Part shown: positions 37,445-51,616 of the stretch, piece by piece
Layout: each line of letters opens with the position of its first letter
Position numbering within the stretch: position 1 is the first letter of the stretch
Origin: Selaginella moellendorffii
Taxonomy: Eukaryota > Plantae > Lycopodiophyta
Assembly (NCBI RefSeq): GCF_000143415.4
Contig: NW_003314338.1
Span: 614,216 to 678,215, forward strand
Length of the DNA: 64,000 nucleotides
Direction: 5' to 3'
The notes under the pieces: model-generated
Databases searched by the model: none
What the model saw: the letters and a program-made list of their open reading frames with translations, nothing else
What the model was told of the DNA's origin: nothing
Position numbers and translations under genes: made by a program

Positions 37445-38773
37445 ATGCCTGCGCCCGCATTCCGCCCCGACCGGATAGGAGAAGGCTACAAACCGGCCTC
37501 GTACTACAAGCGCTCAAACATCCTGCGAAGGTTTTGCCACCAGAAGAAGCGTAAGGAAGTCGACCCACACTACCAGCAGTACTACCAGGGCCGCCTCCTC
37601 ACCGACGTCACCGAGGTCCTCAAGCCCAGCTTACCGGGTAGCCCCTTCAAAGACCCGGTCTTCTTCCCGCACCACTGCACCGACGTTACTCAGATCTACG
37701 AGAACGCCGGCAAGCTTACCAAGCGCCCCGCCACCGCGCCCGACGTTAGCCACGGCGTGAAGAACTCGGACGTCACCGAGACCAACCGGATCATACCTCC
37801 GGGCCACCTTGGCAAAGACCCACACAAGATCCGGCTGCCATACTTTGGGATACGTACGTCGTCCGTCACGGACCCGTCGAGATACATAGACACGTCAGGT
37901 TTGCCGCTGCTAAGCTGGTGGGAGAACCGCCCAAACTCGAGGATGCCTGCGAGGCCACAGACGGCCCCGGCGGTGGTGTATCCCCAGCATATGAATCCAG
38001 TGGTGTTGCAGAAGCACATACTGGAGAGGAGACCGTATCGGCGGAGCGAGTTCGTGGCGGAGAAGCGGCGGCTCTACAGTGCATCGAAGCCACCATCCTT
38101 GGCTGCCTCCATGCCGAGATCGGATCATCAGGCTGGGAAGAACAGCAATGGCGAGTTACTGACGTCTCGGTCGCAGCTCAACTCGGCGAGGAGTAACGTG
38201 TCGAGCATGACGGAGAAGACGTCGTCGGCGAGGTCGGACAAGCCCCCGGCGTCGGCAAGATCGTCCGCGAAGTCCCAAGCGTCGTCGGTGGCGCAGCACT
38301 CGACCAAGTCCCAGATGTCTGGAACTGGAACTAACAAGTCGGACAAGACCAAGGTTTCCGGGAGCTGTGGATTGAAAGATCTCGAGGTGGGCAGCTCCAA
38401 GAGATCCGAGGGAGCTCGATCCAACCCGCCAGTAGCACCAGCAGCGACAGCAAATTCGGAGAAAACTCCGCCTTCCAAGCCGCCATCGTCGAGAGCGACC
38501 AAGTCTTCCTCGTCTGGAAAGCCGCCAAAGCCACCGCCGCCATCGTCGTCATCTTTGGTGAATCCTCGCAACTCGCTGCCGGGATTTCCATCGCTCACGG
38601 CGGAGGCGCTCGAGAAGCTGGGGCCCGAAAAGATGGACAGGGTCACCAAGTGGGCGGGAGAGCTCCAGACTTGGGCGATACCGGACCATCGATCAAGGCC
38701 TCCAAAGCCAGTTTATTATGAAAGGGATCACGGGAGGAAGAGGACCGACGTGACCGATAACTATGTCTGGTAG
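37445..38773 (+). CDS. Uncharacterised 442-aa protein, Ser/Pro/Lys-rich disordered C-terminal half
   Basis: Long, GC-rich uninterrupted ORF with GC3-biased codons like neighbouring genes. No recognised domain. The start is uncertain (ATG at 37408 and a GTGAGT donor just upstream). Confidence 0.75.
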   Translation: MPAPAFRPDRIGEGYKPASYYKRSNILRRFCHQKKRKEVDPHYQQYYQGRLLTDVTEVLKPSLPGSPFKDPVFFPHHCTDVTQIYENAGKLTKRPATAPDVSHGVKNSDVTETNRIIPPGHLGKDPHKIRLPYFGIRTSSVTDPSRYIDTSGLPLLSWWENRPNSRMPARPQTAPAVVYPQHMNPVVLQKHILERRPYRRSEFVAEKRRLYSASKPPSLAASMPRSDHQAGKNSNGELLTSRSQLNSARSNVSSMTEKTSSARSDKPPASARSSAKSQASSVAQHSTKSQMSGTGTNKSDKTKVSGSCGLKDLEVGSSKRSEGARSNPPVAPAATANSEKTPPSKPPSSRATKSSSSGKPPKPPPPSSSSLVNPRNSLPGFPSLTAEALEKLGPEKMDRVTKWAGELQTWAIPDHRSRPPKPVYYERDHGRKRTDVTDNYVW

Positions 38774-40259
38774 AGGAATTAGATATGATTTTATTTCTTA
38801 CTTCAGTCAATAATGAAATTATCATTTCAATCAATAGTTTAATAAAATCATTCTCAAACAATGTGAAGCCAAACAAACTAATACGTAAACTTTATAAGTG
38901 TTGGATTGCTTGCAAGCATTTTCAACTAAGAAATGTATTAAAAACTTTTGAAGATGACAAAACTTATTGTTATAAATTTCTTTAAAAACAATCATGGACA
39001 ACTTTCATTTTCTTTTATGAATTTGAGAACTATAACAAAAAAAATAAAATTCCAACAAAGGTGATATTTTTTATTCTTACCAGTATATCATTCTTTAATT
39101 AGTTTTTAATTTTTAGAAAACCAAGTGCAAGGATTATTCTAAGACATTTGATATTATTATCATTAAAAAATGAAGTGCTGATTATTTTAAAAAGATAAGT
39201 CAATTCAAAATAGTGAGGTAAACCTTAATGACGTACTCATAATTATTTCAAAACATGGGCTAGATTTTAGAAAATTTAAGAATTTCATATAATTTTATAA
39301 TAATATGGTTTCAATGATGGTAAGAAGAAAAATATAGATATAGATGATGAGATATTTAGACTATATTGAGAAAAATAAATTATTAAGAAATTGTAAAAAT
39401 ATATAATTATGTGTTATAAAAATAATTTACTATATTATATAGAATGCTTTAGTTTTTTTATATTTCTAATATGATAATGATGTATTTATTAATTTAAATA
39501 TAAATGTTTTTTGTAGTTTTTCAAAAGATCTTATTTATACATATAAGTCGTTTTTATTTGTATTAATAAATATTTATATACTATCCTCCACCTTGTTCCT
39601 ACCCCAAATGTATAAAAAACCAAAAAGAATAACTTGAAAGATAATTGATAAATTTAAATATAGACGGAAAATGGCCCATGAACAAGAATGCACCCCTTTT
39701 TTTAATTTCAAGTCCAATTTCAAGTCCAAATTCATGAAGTTATACAAACACTATATAACACTATATGATGTGCTAATAGTTAAAACTATTTGTTCTTGAA
39801 GAAATTTTTTTATAAAGAGCTCTTTGGAAATTTTCTACTAATTAAAAATTTAATATCTAATAATAAGATCCTTTGTAACACCATCCAATAAACAAGTCCA
39901 TCACTATTAAATCATCATCAAAGTAAGAAAAGTATTAGTAATTTTTGGCTAAATCTATAAACATTCAGTAATTGCAATGCAACCAACAACCATTCTTTAA
40001 CTCACTTTTATAAACTAAAACTTAGTCATATACTTATCTAACAATAAAGTAACACTCTAGGTACAACATATAAAATATAAATAAAATTATTTAAATTCAA
40101 TTGAACTATCATTGCTCACTAATATATCTAACCAATAGCTTTGAGTATGACTAAAAAACTTATGAAGTAGTGGTCATAACTTGTATAAAGTTTAACTCAT
40201 TTTTAAAGTGTAACTTATCAGCAAATAGAACACTACAAAAAAAAGTTATAATAGTCACT

Positions 40260-42961
40260 TGTAAATGACTAAATTTTCCATTTTACTTTAGTCACTTAAT
40301 TATACCTATAACTACTTAAAAAAATCTCACTCACATTCCCAACTTGGGGACATGTTAACCCCATGAATGGCATTTATGCCACTTAGTCTTTGCACTTGAT
40401 TCAAGTGTTTCACATGTTCAATCCCACAATAAACACCCAAAGGTACAATTGATATCTTAGCCCGTTATGTTAAAGTTATGTCCAAGGATGGTCCAAATTT
40501 GAGTTGAGCTCTATTCAACTCAAATCAATGCTAATTAACATAGTTAACCATAATTTTTATAAGAAAATGTTATATTAGAAAAATGTTATTCCTTGGTGAA
40601 CTTAAAATTCATGAATTTAATTGTCAATGGTTCAGAAAAATTTCTATTTTTTGAATCTTTCTAATGCAACTTATACAATAAATACTGATTAAGTAGTTTC
40701 TAGAATTAAAAGTTCATTTGAACCCATCGAAATTTTTGGGTCCCAAATAAATATGGGAATATTGAAGTTTGCATGAATCTAAAATTTCTATTATATATTT
40801 CAACATTTTGACATTTGAACATTTTATCAGAAATGAATAATTTGAAACATTAATTCACTCATTCATCTTTAGGGTTTTACAGAGATGGAAGCAAGGAATA
40901 CAAAAAATTGTGAATAGTTTTAGCATACAAAAATGTGAGAATGTTAATTTTGTTTCACTAGCACAATCTTCATATTACACTTTTTATTTTTATTATCCAT
41001 CTGAGAATGTGAAAACTACTGTCACTATTGATAAAAATGTTGTAGTTACTTCCAAAATGACAATTCTGAAAAAAAAATGGACAGTATAGCGGAAAGCACT
41101 AATAAATCCACTCCATAAAGTTTTCTATAGTTTTGTAAACCACTAAAATATTATAAAGAAAAGTAAGTTTTTTATATATATCCTATTTCTCTTGATATGT
41201 TATAATGCTGGCAGCTGCCTTAATGCTAATCTAGCTTTCATCACAGCCATTCATTGTGGATGCAATAAATCTCATATGTCCATTTCTTTTTGCAATTATT
41301 TACTAACAATCTACAATTTTTACTCTATCCTAGATTTGATCAAGTACAAAGTCCTTTTGAGTTATAACTTAATAATAAAGGTGTGCTCTAATATGACTAT
41401 GCCATAATATGGAAATAATGTCACAATCACATGTGTTGAATTGATTGTAGTATGAAATTATGAATGAAAATTATGTGTTTTATTGCACATCATATAATCT
41501 TGTTATGAAATATAAGATTCTTAAAATCGTAAGATGTTATTTTGAAAGAAATATGATAGATAATATACTATAGGTGATAGATGGTAGTACACAAATGGAA
41601 TATATTTAAATAAGTTTAGAAGAATGTGATGATTTCTAGCTTTAATGAAGTATTGAAAATATATATAATATTTAATTTTTTTCTCAATAGTTGATCAATG
41701 ATAGATCCTAGAATAAAATCATTCCTATCTTTCACATTAGACACATGCTTGAGGTGATATTTCTTTCCATTCTGCCGAAAGTTACTCTATATAATAACTT
41801 TGAGCATGTTTTTGAATTCAATGTATACAAACTTTTAATATTGTACAACATAGTCCTTTCTACTTCACATAGAACTTATTATAACAATGTTATTTGATGG
41901 TAAATCCTAGAATAAAATCACCCTTACTTTTCATATAATGGTATATTAGTAATGGCACTTATTTGAGATGATATTTCTTTTCATTCTAATTCTAAATACT
42001 CTGCTAACTTTGAGCATGTTTTTGAATCCAATATAAGGATTGGAAGACAATATAGAATTTTATTATTATATAACAACAGTCTTTTTACTTTCCCTTATAC
42101 TTCTAACAGATCTTATTATAGAAGTTTAGACTTCCAAAATTTAAAGATAATAAAAAGTTTTCTTTTGCATTACCAAAATCACCCACCATTTTCTTTTTCC
42201 CAAAGTCTTGTTTTAGAAAGTTTTCTTTACTAATATTTTGATCTTTCTCTCAATTTTATTTCATTGGAGGTTATGATTCACAACACTAGTGTAGTTGAAT
42301 GATTAGAGTTTCTTCTTTCAAGTGTGGGTGAAGGTGGATAGCATTGGGATTTACAGCATATTGGCATTTCCTAACTAAACTGGTTCTATTATAATTTTCC
42401 CCCTACTATCCTTTTGGAACTCACCAAAACCCTTAGAGTCTGGGAGACGATCGCTTTGGGCTTTCAACCTTGGACTTAAACTTGGACTCGAACTTGAACT
42501 CAGACTCGACTCAGTCTTAGACTCAAACTCAGTCTTGGTCTTGGTCTTGGTCTTGGTCTCGATCTCAATCTCAGTCTCAGTCTTAGTCTCCATTTAGGAT
42601 TCGACCTTGGGCTCCATCTTGGACTCCATCTTGAACTCTTTCTTGGAATCCATCTTGGACTCTTTCTTGGACACTATTTCGGACTCCATCTCAGATTTCT
42701 TCTTGGACTTGGTTTTGACATTTTTATATGTCACAACACTTGCCATATACCAATCTTTCTTATGTCCCTTTCTAGATACTCATTCATCAATCCCTTCGTG
42801 CTCCTTCCTCAAGCACTTCATTTGGGGTTCCATTCCCACTCTTAACTTTCCAAGTTAAAGCTTTTGGTCTAAACATGTTACATTTATTAGACTTCGCTTT
42901 GACCACTACCATATGGCACCCTTTTAGCTCCATTTTGAAGCTTAGGCATTTATGTTTCACA
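40260..42961 (-). mobile_element. Old family A LTR split by ~1.9 kb AT-rich insertion (LTR parts 40260-40480 and 42375-42961)
   Basis: 40260 tgtaaatgactaaattttccattttactttagtcactt and 42940-42961 cttaggcatttatgtttcaca match the two ends of 15489-17151. Hexamer array at 42480-42710. Confidence 0.7.
41700..42110. repeat. Degenerate ~200 bp tandem duplication
   Basis: atcctagaataaaatca...tga(g)gtgatatttcttt...aactttgagcatgtttttgaat occurs twice (41705, 41904). Confidence 0.7.
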
Positions 42962-45900
42962 TCAACTTTCTAAGAAAGAGTAACAACCACTTTTTTACTC
43001 TTAACACCAGACTTTATCTAATTCAATTGCATTAGCTTAATAAAACAATATCCCTTTTAAGCTATTATCTACTAAAGTTCAAGTCAACCAAAGCCAACTC
43101 TAAACCCTCAGCTAAAGCATACAACCACCAAGACTAAGTCAAGAATAATGATAGGTTACTACTCTCTTAGAGTCTAATCTATACAATTTACCACCAAACA
43201 CAACACTATAAAAAAAAAGCACAAGGGTTATCTTTTTAAATAAGAGCAACAATCACTTTTTTACTTTAACTCTAGACATTATCTAATTCAATTTTATTAG
43301 ACTCAAAAGTTAACATCCCTTTCCATCCACATCATACAAATTACCAACTAAAGTTCAAATTAACTGAAGTCAACTTTAACCCTTTCACTAATTTATAAAA
43401 ATAGAATGATTTTCAAACAAAATAATCAATAGATCAACCATTGGAAACATATAAGAAAAATTCTAGAAAATTTTCCATCCTAGAGAAAGGACATTCAATT
43501 CAAATATGCAAATTCTTAAGACCCATCCAACTTCCTCCTACCTATAGATTCACTTCAACACAAATTTTTATGATCTAATAAAACTCTTAAGTGCTTAATA
43601 ACATGCTTATATATATATTTTTATATCACACTAACACTCTTTTTCAATCATCTTCAAAATCTAATATAAAGCCAAAATACTAATTAAAAAAATGATATGA
43701 GAAATCAAATTTTAAGGAAAATTCCTCATTAGTCAAAATAATAATGCTACTTCCACTAACACAAATGTCAATTTCATAATTACACACCTTTCCATCCAAT
43801 AATTTACTTCAAGTCTCGATAGATTTATTAACCATGCCTCAATTTTGAAAGGCAGGTGGTTTGTTTTTCTTGAAGAGCTAGGACTTAAAGTGCCATTTAT
43901 ATTGAAAGGTTTAAACTTGAAATCACACTTCCTTTGCAAGTATAAAATTGATTTAACTATCAAAGTCAAGCTATCTATCAAAGTGCCAATATATGTTAAC
44001 TTTGCTGTTTTTTCCAAGTGTTGAAGATGAGTTGATAGTTCACATCCTCCATTGATGGAGATGATAGTGATAAAAATATTAGCATGTCTAAAGTTGTAAG
44101 CTTTAGACATGTTCTTTCAGCTTCCTTAATATCATTTTGGCACTTGAATCCACATTCACACTCCATAGTATTAGATGGGATCACCATAATAGCAGTCTAT
44201 AGTTTTATAGCTTCACTATAAAGTTGATGATAGAAAGTAAAAAAAAGGTTTAAATATTAAACCAAAAATAAGAACAGAAAAAGCTCTTATCTATTAGATC
44301 CACATCTATGTCTAAAATGGCTTTTCACCCTGATTGGAAAGTTTAAGGCTTTCACCTTAAACTTATTTGGATCACAACCAATGATCACATAGAATGAAAC
44401 TTTAAGTTCAAGCCATTCTTACAACTTATGGAAGATTTTTTAAATATATAGTAGTATCAAAAAGTTTGCTAGCTTATAAGCTTCACACACTCATGGATAG
44501 TCTCGTGTTGTGTTGGTATTGCACTCCAAGACATATTGATGTTTAAACCCAACATCATGTTCATAACTTAGGGCATCCTTGTTCTCCAGAATGATCTTCC
44601 AAAAATTTCGAAAGTGTGCAACTCCAACTCCAAATTTAACTCCTAGAAACTGTGATTTCAAAATGTTGATTATGCCTACTATAACTAAAGAGATGCCTAA
44701 GATTTTAATCTCCTTGTATCAAAACCTTTTTTTCAAAGTGTTCAGCTCAAGTAGCACATTGGTGAGAACATGAAATAGAAACTATACCTCCAATCTTTTA
44801 AACATTGCAAGCATCTCATGTTTCACTTGTCTCCTACAATCTTAACAAAACTAGCATTATAGCAACAATCTATATTAGCACCTTTCTTTGAAAAAACCAT
44901 CATACATTGTGTATGCGAAGCAAGTTAAGCTTTTCATTTTATAGATCTTTAAGTTGACTAATTGAAACCCCCATTGAAAGAGAAATTCTAGAGCATTTAA
45001 AAGTGATAAATGCTCAAGAATAACAAAGGGTGATAGCTTTAATACAAATTCCCTATAATGTTGCCTACAAGAAAGATTCATTAAAGAGATTTTTAGCTGA
45101 TTGTGCCTTCTTTCAATTCATAGGAACTCTAAATATACCCTAGCAAAAGGGATATTTGGTAGGTGAATCAATAGATAACATATTAAAACATCACTTGATT
45201 GTCTATATAAAATTCCTTCTAAATAGAGAGTCTATGACTAGACATTTAAAGTTGTGTCAAGAACATTGTTTAAAGTAGTGATTTAGTGCTTAAAAGAAAA
45301 AAATTTAACATTTCAAGAGATTGCTATAGATGGTTGGCTATAGAATAGTTTTAGTTACTCACTTAAAAGAGCAAGCACCTCATTTGATCCTTGTTTATTA
45401 TATTGCTTACAAGAAAACATTAGTGGCAAACAACTTATTCAATTTATTTCAAATCTTCAAGAGGCTTGAAGACTTGGCAAGGAAAATTGGTGGCTGAGTT
45501 AGATGATCTTCATAGAGATGATGATTGCTTAAGTTAATATTATATTTAATTATCTTAATTAATTTTTATTTTTAAAGATTTTGAGGGTTCACTTTTTAAG
45601 TGCCCTTCTTTTTGAGGGCTTTCTAGAGTTTCTTTTGAAATTTTAAATTTTAAAGTTTTAATTTTTTTACAAGGTAAAATAAGTGGTAAAGGGAACTATA
45701 GCCTTCAAAATAGAGGCTTGATACTAATAAGTTATAATAAATAAATGCTATACCCTTTACAACCTTCAATTTGCAAACTCACTAAGAAATAAAATATTAT
45801 AATTATTTTAGTATAATAAATCACATTTGAGAACCTAATTTAAGTTACTACAATGCTACTAATTGCAAGTAGACTAGCATCACTATCAACCATTTTGGGG

Positions 45901-46565
45901 TTGATTATTTTTTAAATAAGAAACTTTGCAAACACATTGCTCACCAATCATAAAAATATAATATAGGAATCATAATGATTTGATCATTTAATTAAGCAAT
46001 ACCATAAGTATAGCCCATATCACTACTACAAAGGCTTACATAGTATTAAGTATCAACTCTAATTGATAAAATACAACATAAATGCCACACTTTAATAATA
46101 GAAATTTACAACACTTAACACTACCAACTTTGTTTATAATACAACTCATACTTTCTTTCTAACCAAGTTCAAAACTAATCCAACACTAAACTACTTAAGA
46201 GTAATAATAAAATTCCCCAGAATTGAATTAAGCATTGCAATTCTAACCTTCTGATGGCAAACTTAAGTAAAATGGTTTAATACTTCATTTCTTTCCATCT
46301 CACGGCACACTATTCATAAAACCATTATAATTAACATATATCAAGATAGAGATTTTTGATTGCATGATCTGAATACGAGCAAGGAGATCACACCCCATTG
46401 TAAATCATCTTTCAAAAGACGAAAGATGTTCGTCTTTGATGACTTTCTTTCAAACTCAACTTGATTAAACCTCAAGTTTATATTTATTACTTTTAGTCCA
46501 ATCTTTTAAAAAAAATGGAGAGAGCATAGTAATAACTAATTTAACTAATGGATTAATCCCTATAA
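42962..46565 (-). mobile_element. Highly decayed family B internal region, interrupted by a hAT element
   Basis: 43000-43825 and 45721-45950 match the reverse complement of about 20850-21900. 45950-46565 matches 19190-19825. Confidence 0.7.
43833..45720 (-). mobile_element. Decayed hAT DNA transposon (ZNF862-like transposase remnant)
   Basis: Minus strand gives IPSNTMECECGFKCQNDIK...LDMLIFLSL (hAT dimerisation motif, cf. PxSTAxCERGFS), RIHNV*WF (TRW-like) and FLFHVLTNVLLELNTL. Degenerate TIRs catgcctcaattttgaaaggc / gccttcaaaatagaggcttg. It interrupts otherwise contiguous LTR-internal homology. Confidence 0.7.
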
Positions 46566-47269
46566 TTTGTAAACCAAAGAGAACTACTTGAAAGACAATC
46601 TAAATATAAAGGGAAAGGGCCATGAATAAAAATGTATCTACCTTTTTTTTCAATTAGTTAAAGATTTTGGGATACTTGGGCTTAAATTTTTTTGGGTTTG
46701 AATAGTATTGCGCTGGGTAAATTAAGAGTCAATCCAACTTTATTAATTGGATTAGAGGAATCACACCATATATTGAGATTAACATTTGAATATAGGGAGC
46801 TGATGATTGTAGGGGATATTATACTTTGATCTATGGATCTATTGTGTTTTAAATAATTTTTGTTTCACATTCACTGTTAAAATAGTTGCATAAATAAAAT
46901 TAAAAGAAAACCTAATATAGCAGAGCAAATTATTTAATGTAAGACAAAGCTCTATTATATGGTATTGCATTGCAATATGATATGGATTTAGAGGAGGAAG
47001 CATTTGGGGAAATTTGCCATCCTTGGAAGAACTAAAAGAGGAATTTGTTGAAAATGACATAAAAGCCATAGATAAGTTGAACTCTCTTGACAACTTATTT
47101 CTGAATAATGTGATGAAGAATCTTTGCACAAATAATACTAGACTCTCGTTTCATAGTGCAATGGGCTTGGAGTTTAGCTCCAAATTCAAGTGCATTACAA
47201 TTAAATACATTTAATATGAGAATTGAACTTCTTTTATAGGTGGTGGAGTTGTAAGAAATTAACTCCCCA

Positions 47270-47510
47270 AGGTGTCATAGGCTAAAAGATCCCCAAAATC
47301 ACGATTAGAACGATAAAGAATTCATCATATGAGACTGAGTTTGAGATCAAATCTGAGACCAAGTCCAAGACTAAATCTAAAACAAAGTTCAAAACCAAAT
47401 CTAAGATCAAGTTTGAAACCGAGTCCGAATACTAATATAGGTCATGGGTGAAAACCCAAAGCAATCATCTGCTTAAGGGGGATATAAAAGGTTTCAAAAG
47501 TATAATAAAG
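47270..47510 (+). mobile_element. Family A LTR fragment
   Basis: Degenerate gagacc/gagtcc array followed by gggtgaaaacccaaagc...tcaaaagtataata. Confidence 0.6.
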
Positions 47511-48205
47511 ATAGTGAGGCTAAGGACCCTGTCTTAAAAAAATTCTTTAGTGGTGTTTAAATTAAGTTGAGGTTGAGATTAGGGGTTAATGGCTTTTAGT
47601 GGGAGTGAGCATGGACTTAAGGGGTGCCAAAGATGCCTTTTAAGGAAGTGCTTAAGAATATCTCCCACTCCCGAAAAGGAAACGAATTGCAATACTCTCA
47701 ACTCAAGTGGAGTGATGCCCCATTTAAATATCATATATCTCATTGGTCCTCACTCTTTCTTAGGGGTTTGGGCCTTCCTTTTGGGATGGAGGTGGGGGAA
47801 TAAGGGTACCCATTCCAGGCCATTAATTTATAGTGTTTCCTCAGTAAAGGATGCATTTAAGGCTTTAGATTTAAAGGGTCTTATGATCAAGTCTTGTTGT
47901 ATCAAGGAGTGTTAAAAACTTAGAGGCTTGGTGTGCTTACCTACTTATTTTTACAAGGAGTGTAATTGAAACCTTAAATCTAATTTAACTTAGGAATGGG
48001 GATTGGGAGAGAATTCAGGAATTATGGATGGATGAATAATACTCTATTGTTTGTACAATGAGTAATTAAATTAAGGTAGGACTAAATAGGAGTTAGTACA
48101 ATAAATAACCTTGGCAAGGGAACTTAACTAAGATTAAGGCAAAGAACGGTGTGGTTCGGCAGAGAGGGCATGATGGTTAGATAGATGAGATAAATTAGAA
48201 AATTA

Positions 48206-48773
48206 NNNNNNNNNNNNNNNNNNNNNNNNNNNNNNNNNNNNNNNNNNNNNNNNNNNNNNNNNNNNNNNNNNNNNNNNNNNNNNNNNNNNNNNNNNNNNNN
48301 NNNNNNNNNNNNNNNNNNNNNNNNNNNNNNNNNNNNNNNNNNNNNNNNNNNNNNNNNNNNNNNNNNNNNNNNNNNNNNNNNNNNNNNNNNNNNNNNNNNN
48401 NNNNNNNNNNNNNNNNNNNNNNNNNNNNNNNNNNNNNNNNNNNNNNNNNNNNNNNNNNNNNNNNNNNNNNNNNNNNNNNNNNNNNNNNNNNNNNNNNNNN
48501 NNNNNNNNNNNNNNNNNNNNNNNNNNNNNNNNNNNNNNNNNNNNNNNNNNNNNNNNNNNNNNNNNNNNNNNNNNNNNNNNNNNNNNNNNNNNNNNNNNNN
48601 NNNNNNNNNNNNNNNNNNNNNNNNNNNNNNNNNNNNNNNNNNNNNNNNNNNNNNNNNNNNNNNNNNNNNNNNNNNNNNNNNNNNNNNNNNNNNNNNNNNN
48701 NNNNNNNNNNNNNNNNNNNNNNNNNNNNNNNNNNNNNNNNNNNNNNNNNNNNNNNNNNNNNNNNNNNNNNNNN
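48206..48773. other. Assembly gap (N)
   Basis: Run of n. Confidence 1.
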
Positions 48774-49021
48774 AAAAATTAAAAATTTATATTATTCACT
48801 CAATTTCTATCTTTGTATATGGGCATCTTAAAAGCTGCACCTGTAAAAAGATATTATTTAGCTTCTCAAAGCTATATATTTCGAATTTTAGAGCTATTTT
48901 ATGAAAGTGTGAGCTTTCCCTTTTATTGAGATTGTCATGCTATATATATATAAATTTTGAGAAGAGTGATAAACTAGTGCTATGAAGTAGTATAAATCTG
49001 TTGAATATTATAGTTATAAAT

Positions 49022-50084
49022 TGTTGCAAAAATGTGATTGCAGATATCAAAAGTTGCGTATTAATAAGTCTTTTGGGATATTCTTTTATTACTGCTATGA
49101 CAATAAAATATTGGTATTGGTAGACCCTTTATTAGTCTCCACTCAAATTAGTTAAGAAACTGATCATCATATATGCACTTAGATTGGAATTCCTATATAA
49201 TTTTTGCTAAACATACTTAGCCTAGGATGGAACACTCATATGTTAGCTCATATTTAGTAGTTTTGGAAACTATTATAATATTGAGCTTGAACTCTCAATA
49301 TTCACTAGATGAGAGTTTATTGTATCCACTAAGACATTTTTGTTATTATGCCCCATGTGTTGGTCTTATTTGGTCCCATTACCTATTTATAGAAAGTGCC
49401 TAAACTCATATCTATAAAATGTGTTTTGATTTTAGATTGTTTTGATCTTTTTTTTGCGTCCAAATTCACAATCTAACATCATTCCATATTTAATAAGTTT
49501 TCATGATTGTCCTAAAGACTAACTCTTGAAACTTGAATGAAACCCAAAGCCTGCTTTCATGGAGGGCATATAGAAAGTTTCAACTATATAGTTTAGTAGG
49601 GATAATGGGTAGGTTGGGTGGCCAACCAATCTAAGTTATTGTCTAGCTTCCCATTAGTTATGTTTATCTTTATTTTGCATCTAGGTTGGGCTTAATCCTA
49701 AAGTCCATCCTATGTTAGCTAGTGAAATACTTATATCCTCGTGTTATACCACTAGTATATTAAAATAATACTAAATTCCATTTGATTCTATTTTATGTGC
49801 TAGTCTTGGTATTAGGATATTAAATGCTCTAAGACTATTCTAATATCACTTTATATTATTAGTCCTTCACTCCTAAGTTGTATGTTTGGAAGTTATTCTA
49901 TACTCCAATTGCTTCACCCCTTGGGTATATATATACTTTGGGAGTTTACCATCCCTTTGTTTAGTGGCTTAAAGCTTTAAAACTCAATATTACTCTTAAT
50001 ATATGCATCCAAGGGTTAAATTCTATTTTGTGGTTATTTTAGTACATCACTATAGGGTAGAGGGTCAAAACCACATATGCCACA
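49022..50084 (+). mobile_element. Old solo LTR, family B
   Basis: tgttgcaaaaatgtga...ccacatatgccaca, flanked by a perfect TAAAT TSD. Heavily AT-shifted relative to younger copies. Confidence 0.8.
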
Positions 50085-50880
50085 TAAATTGATTCCTATA
50101 AAATTTAATCTTCTGTGAAAAGAAGAAATTGTGTTAAACACTATCTTCATAACCCCACTTTATAGAGGAGAAAGGTCATAAAAGAAGAAATTATGTTAAA
50201 TACTCTATTTTCAAAGCCTTACTTTTTAGAGGCTATTAGTTCTAACTTAAATTTAATCTAGAAACCTAATAAAGGTATAGGGTTCAATTCCCATAAATAA
50301 AGTTTTAAGTTTGATTCCATAACTGAGTAGTGGTGAATATACTTGCAGTAATAAATATAAAGAGATAGTAAATACATGTCATTAAATAATATTAAAACTT
50401 TAAAATAAAGATATTAATGTATTTAATTCTATACAATTTAAAAATACCATTTGGCAATCAAGCAATTCAACTAGGAGATTTATTAGAAATTTTAATTTTT
50501 GATGATGACAAAACTTGTTGGTACTTATGTCTTCAAGCACAAAAAACCAATCTAAAAATGAAAATTGAGATATCTCATGTAATATTACTATCTCTATCAT
50601 TTATGAATCTGACAATTATAAATGCAAGATTGATTCCAAAGTTGATATATTTCATTCTTACAAGATTATGATTCATTAATTAGTTTTATTTATAGGCAAT
50701 AAAATGCAAGGATTGTTCTAAGACGTGCTATAATATTATCATTAAAGACCAAGCTATATTGAAATGCTGATTGTTACAAGAAGGATAAAGTCATCTCATA
50801 ATAGTGATGAAAATCTTAATGATGTAGTACACATTTTACTTCAAAACATGAACTAGAAATTTAGAAGGATTTGGGCATTT

Positions 50881-51117
50881 NNNNNNNNNNNNNNNNNNNN
50901 NNNNNNNNNNNNNNNNNNNNNNNNNNNNNNNNNNNNNNNNNNNNNNNNNNNNNNNNNNNNNNNNNNNNNNNNNNNNNNNNNNNNNNNNNNNNNNNNNNNN
51001 NNNNNNNNNNNNNNNNNNNNNNNNNNNNNNNNNNNNNNNNNNNNNNNNNNNNNNNNNNNNNNNNNNNNNNNNNNNNNNNNNNNNNNNNNNNNNNNNNNNN
51101 NNNNNNNNNNNNNNNNN
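50881..51117. other. Assembly gap (N)
   Basis: Run of n. Confidence 1.
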
Positions 51118-51616
51118 TAGCTTGATCAATTGAAGACAAACATTATTTACATGCCTTTTGTGGAGGTGAGGAAAAAAATCTAGATATGGATACCTTTATT
51201 GCTAATATAGATGGTGAGCTTGTAGCCTGTTTGGATTATATTGAACCATGATTTTATTTCTATTTAAATAAAAATTAAAGATTATCAGGAAATCTATTAG
51301 AAATTTTGAAGATGACAAAACTTGCTGGTACCTATACAATAAACCAATCTAAAAATGAATATGGGTATCTCATATAATACAGTCTCTATTTCTCTATGAG
51401 TTTGACAATTTAAGTTGCTGCATAGGTGAAAAAATTTATTCAGCCTCAACATAGAAAAAGCTGAAAAATATTTGCAATTCTAGTGTATATCAAGATAACA
51501 GTAACTAAGTGTGGCATCATTTCTTCTCACCCCGAAAAGAAGTGGTCGAGTGCAAACTTCCAGCTTTTTTGTGCAAAGAGCATCTCAGCAGAAAAAAAAA
51601 AAATTTGTTAAAACTT

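Noticed and set aside
38880-39300. AT-rich dispersed repeat also at about 50400-50880 and 51280-51410
   Set aside because: Similarity is real but too decayed to classify or to define ends.
46700-47200. Possible further gypsy pol remnant (FPQMLPP... on the minus strand)
   Set aside because: Only a few residues match, which is insufficient support.
50836-51139. ORFs spanning X residues
   Set aside because: Artefacts of the assembly gap.
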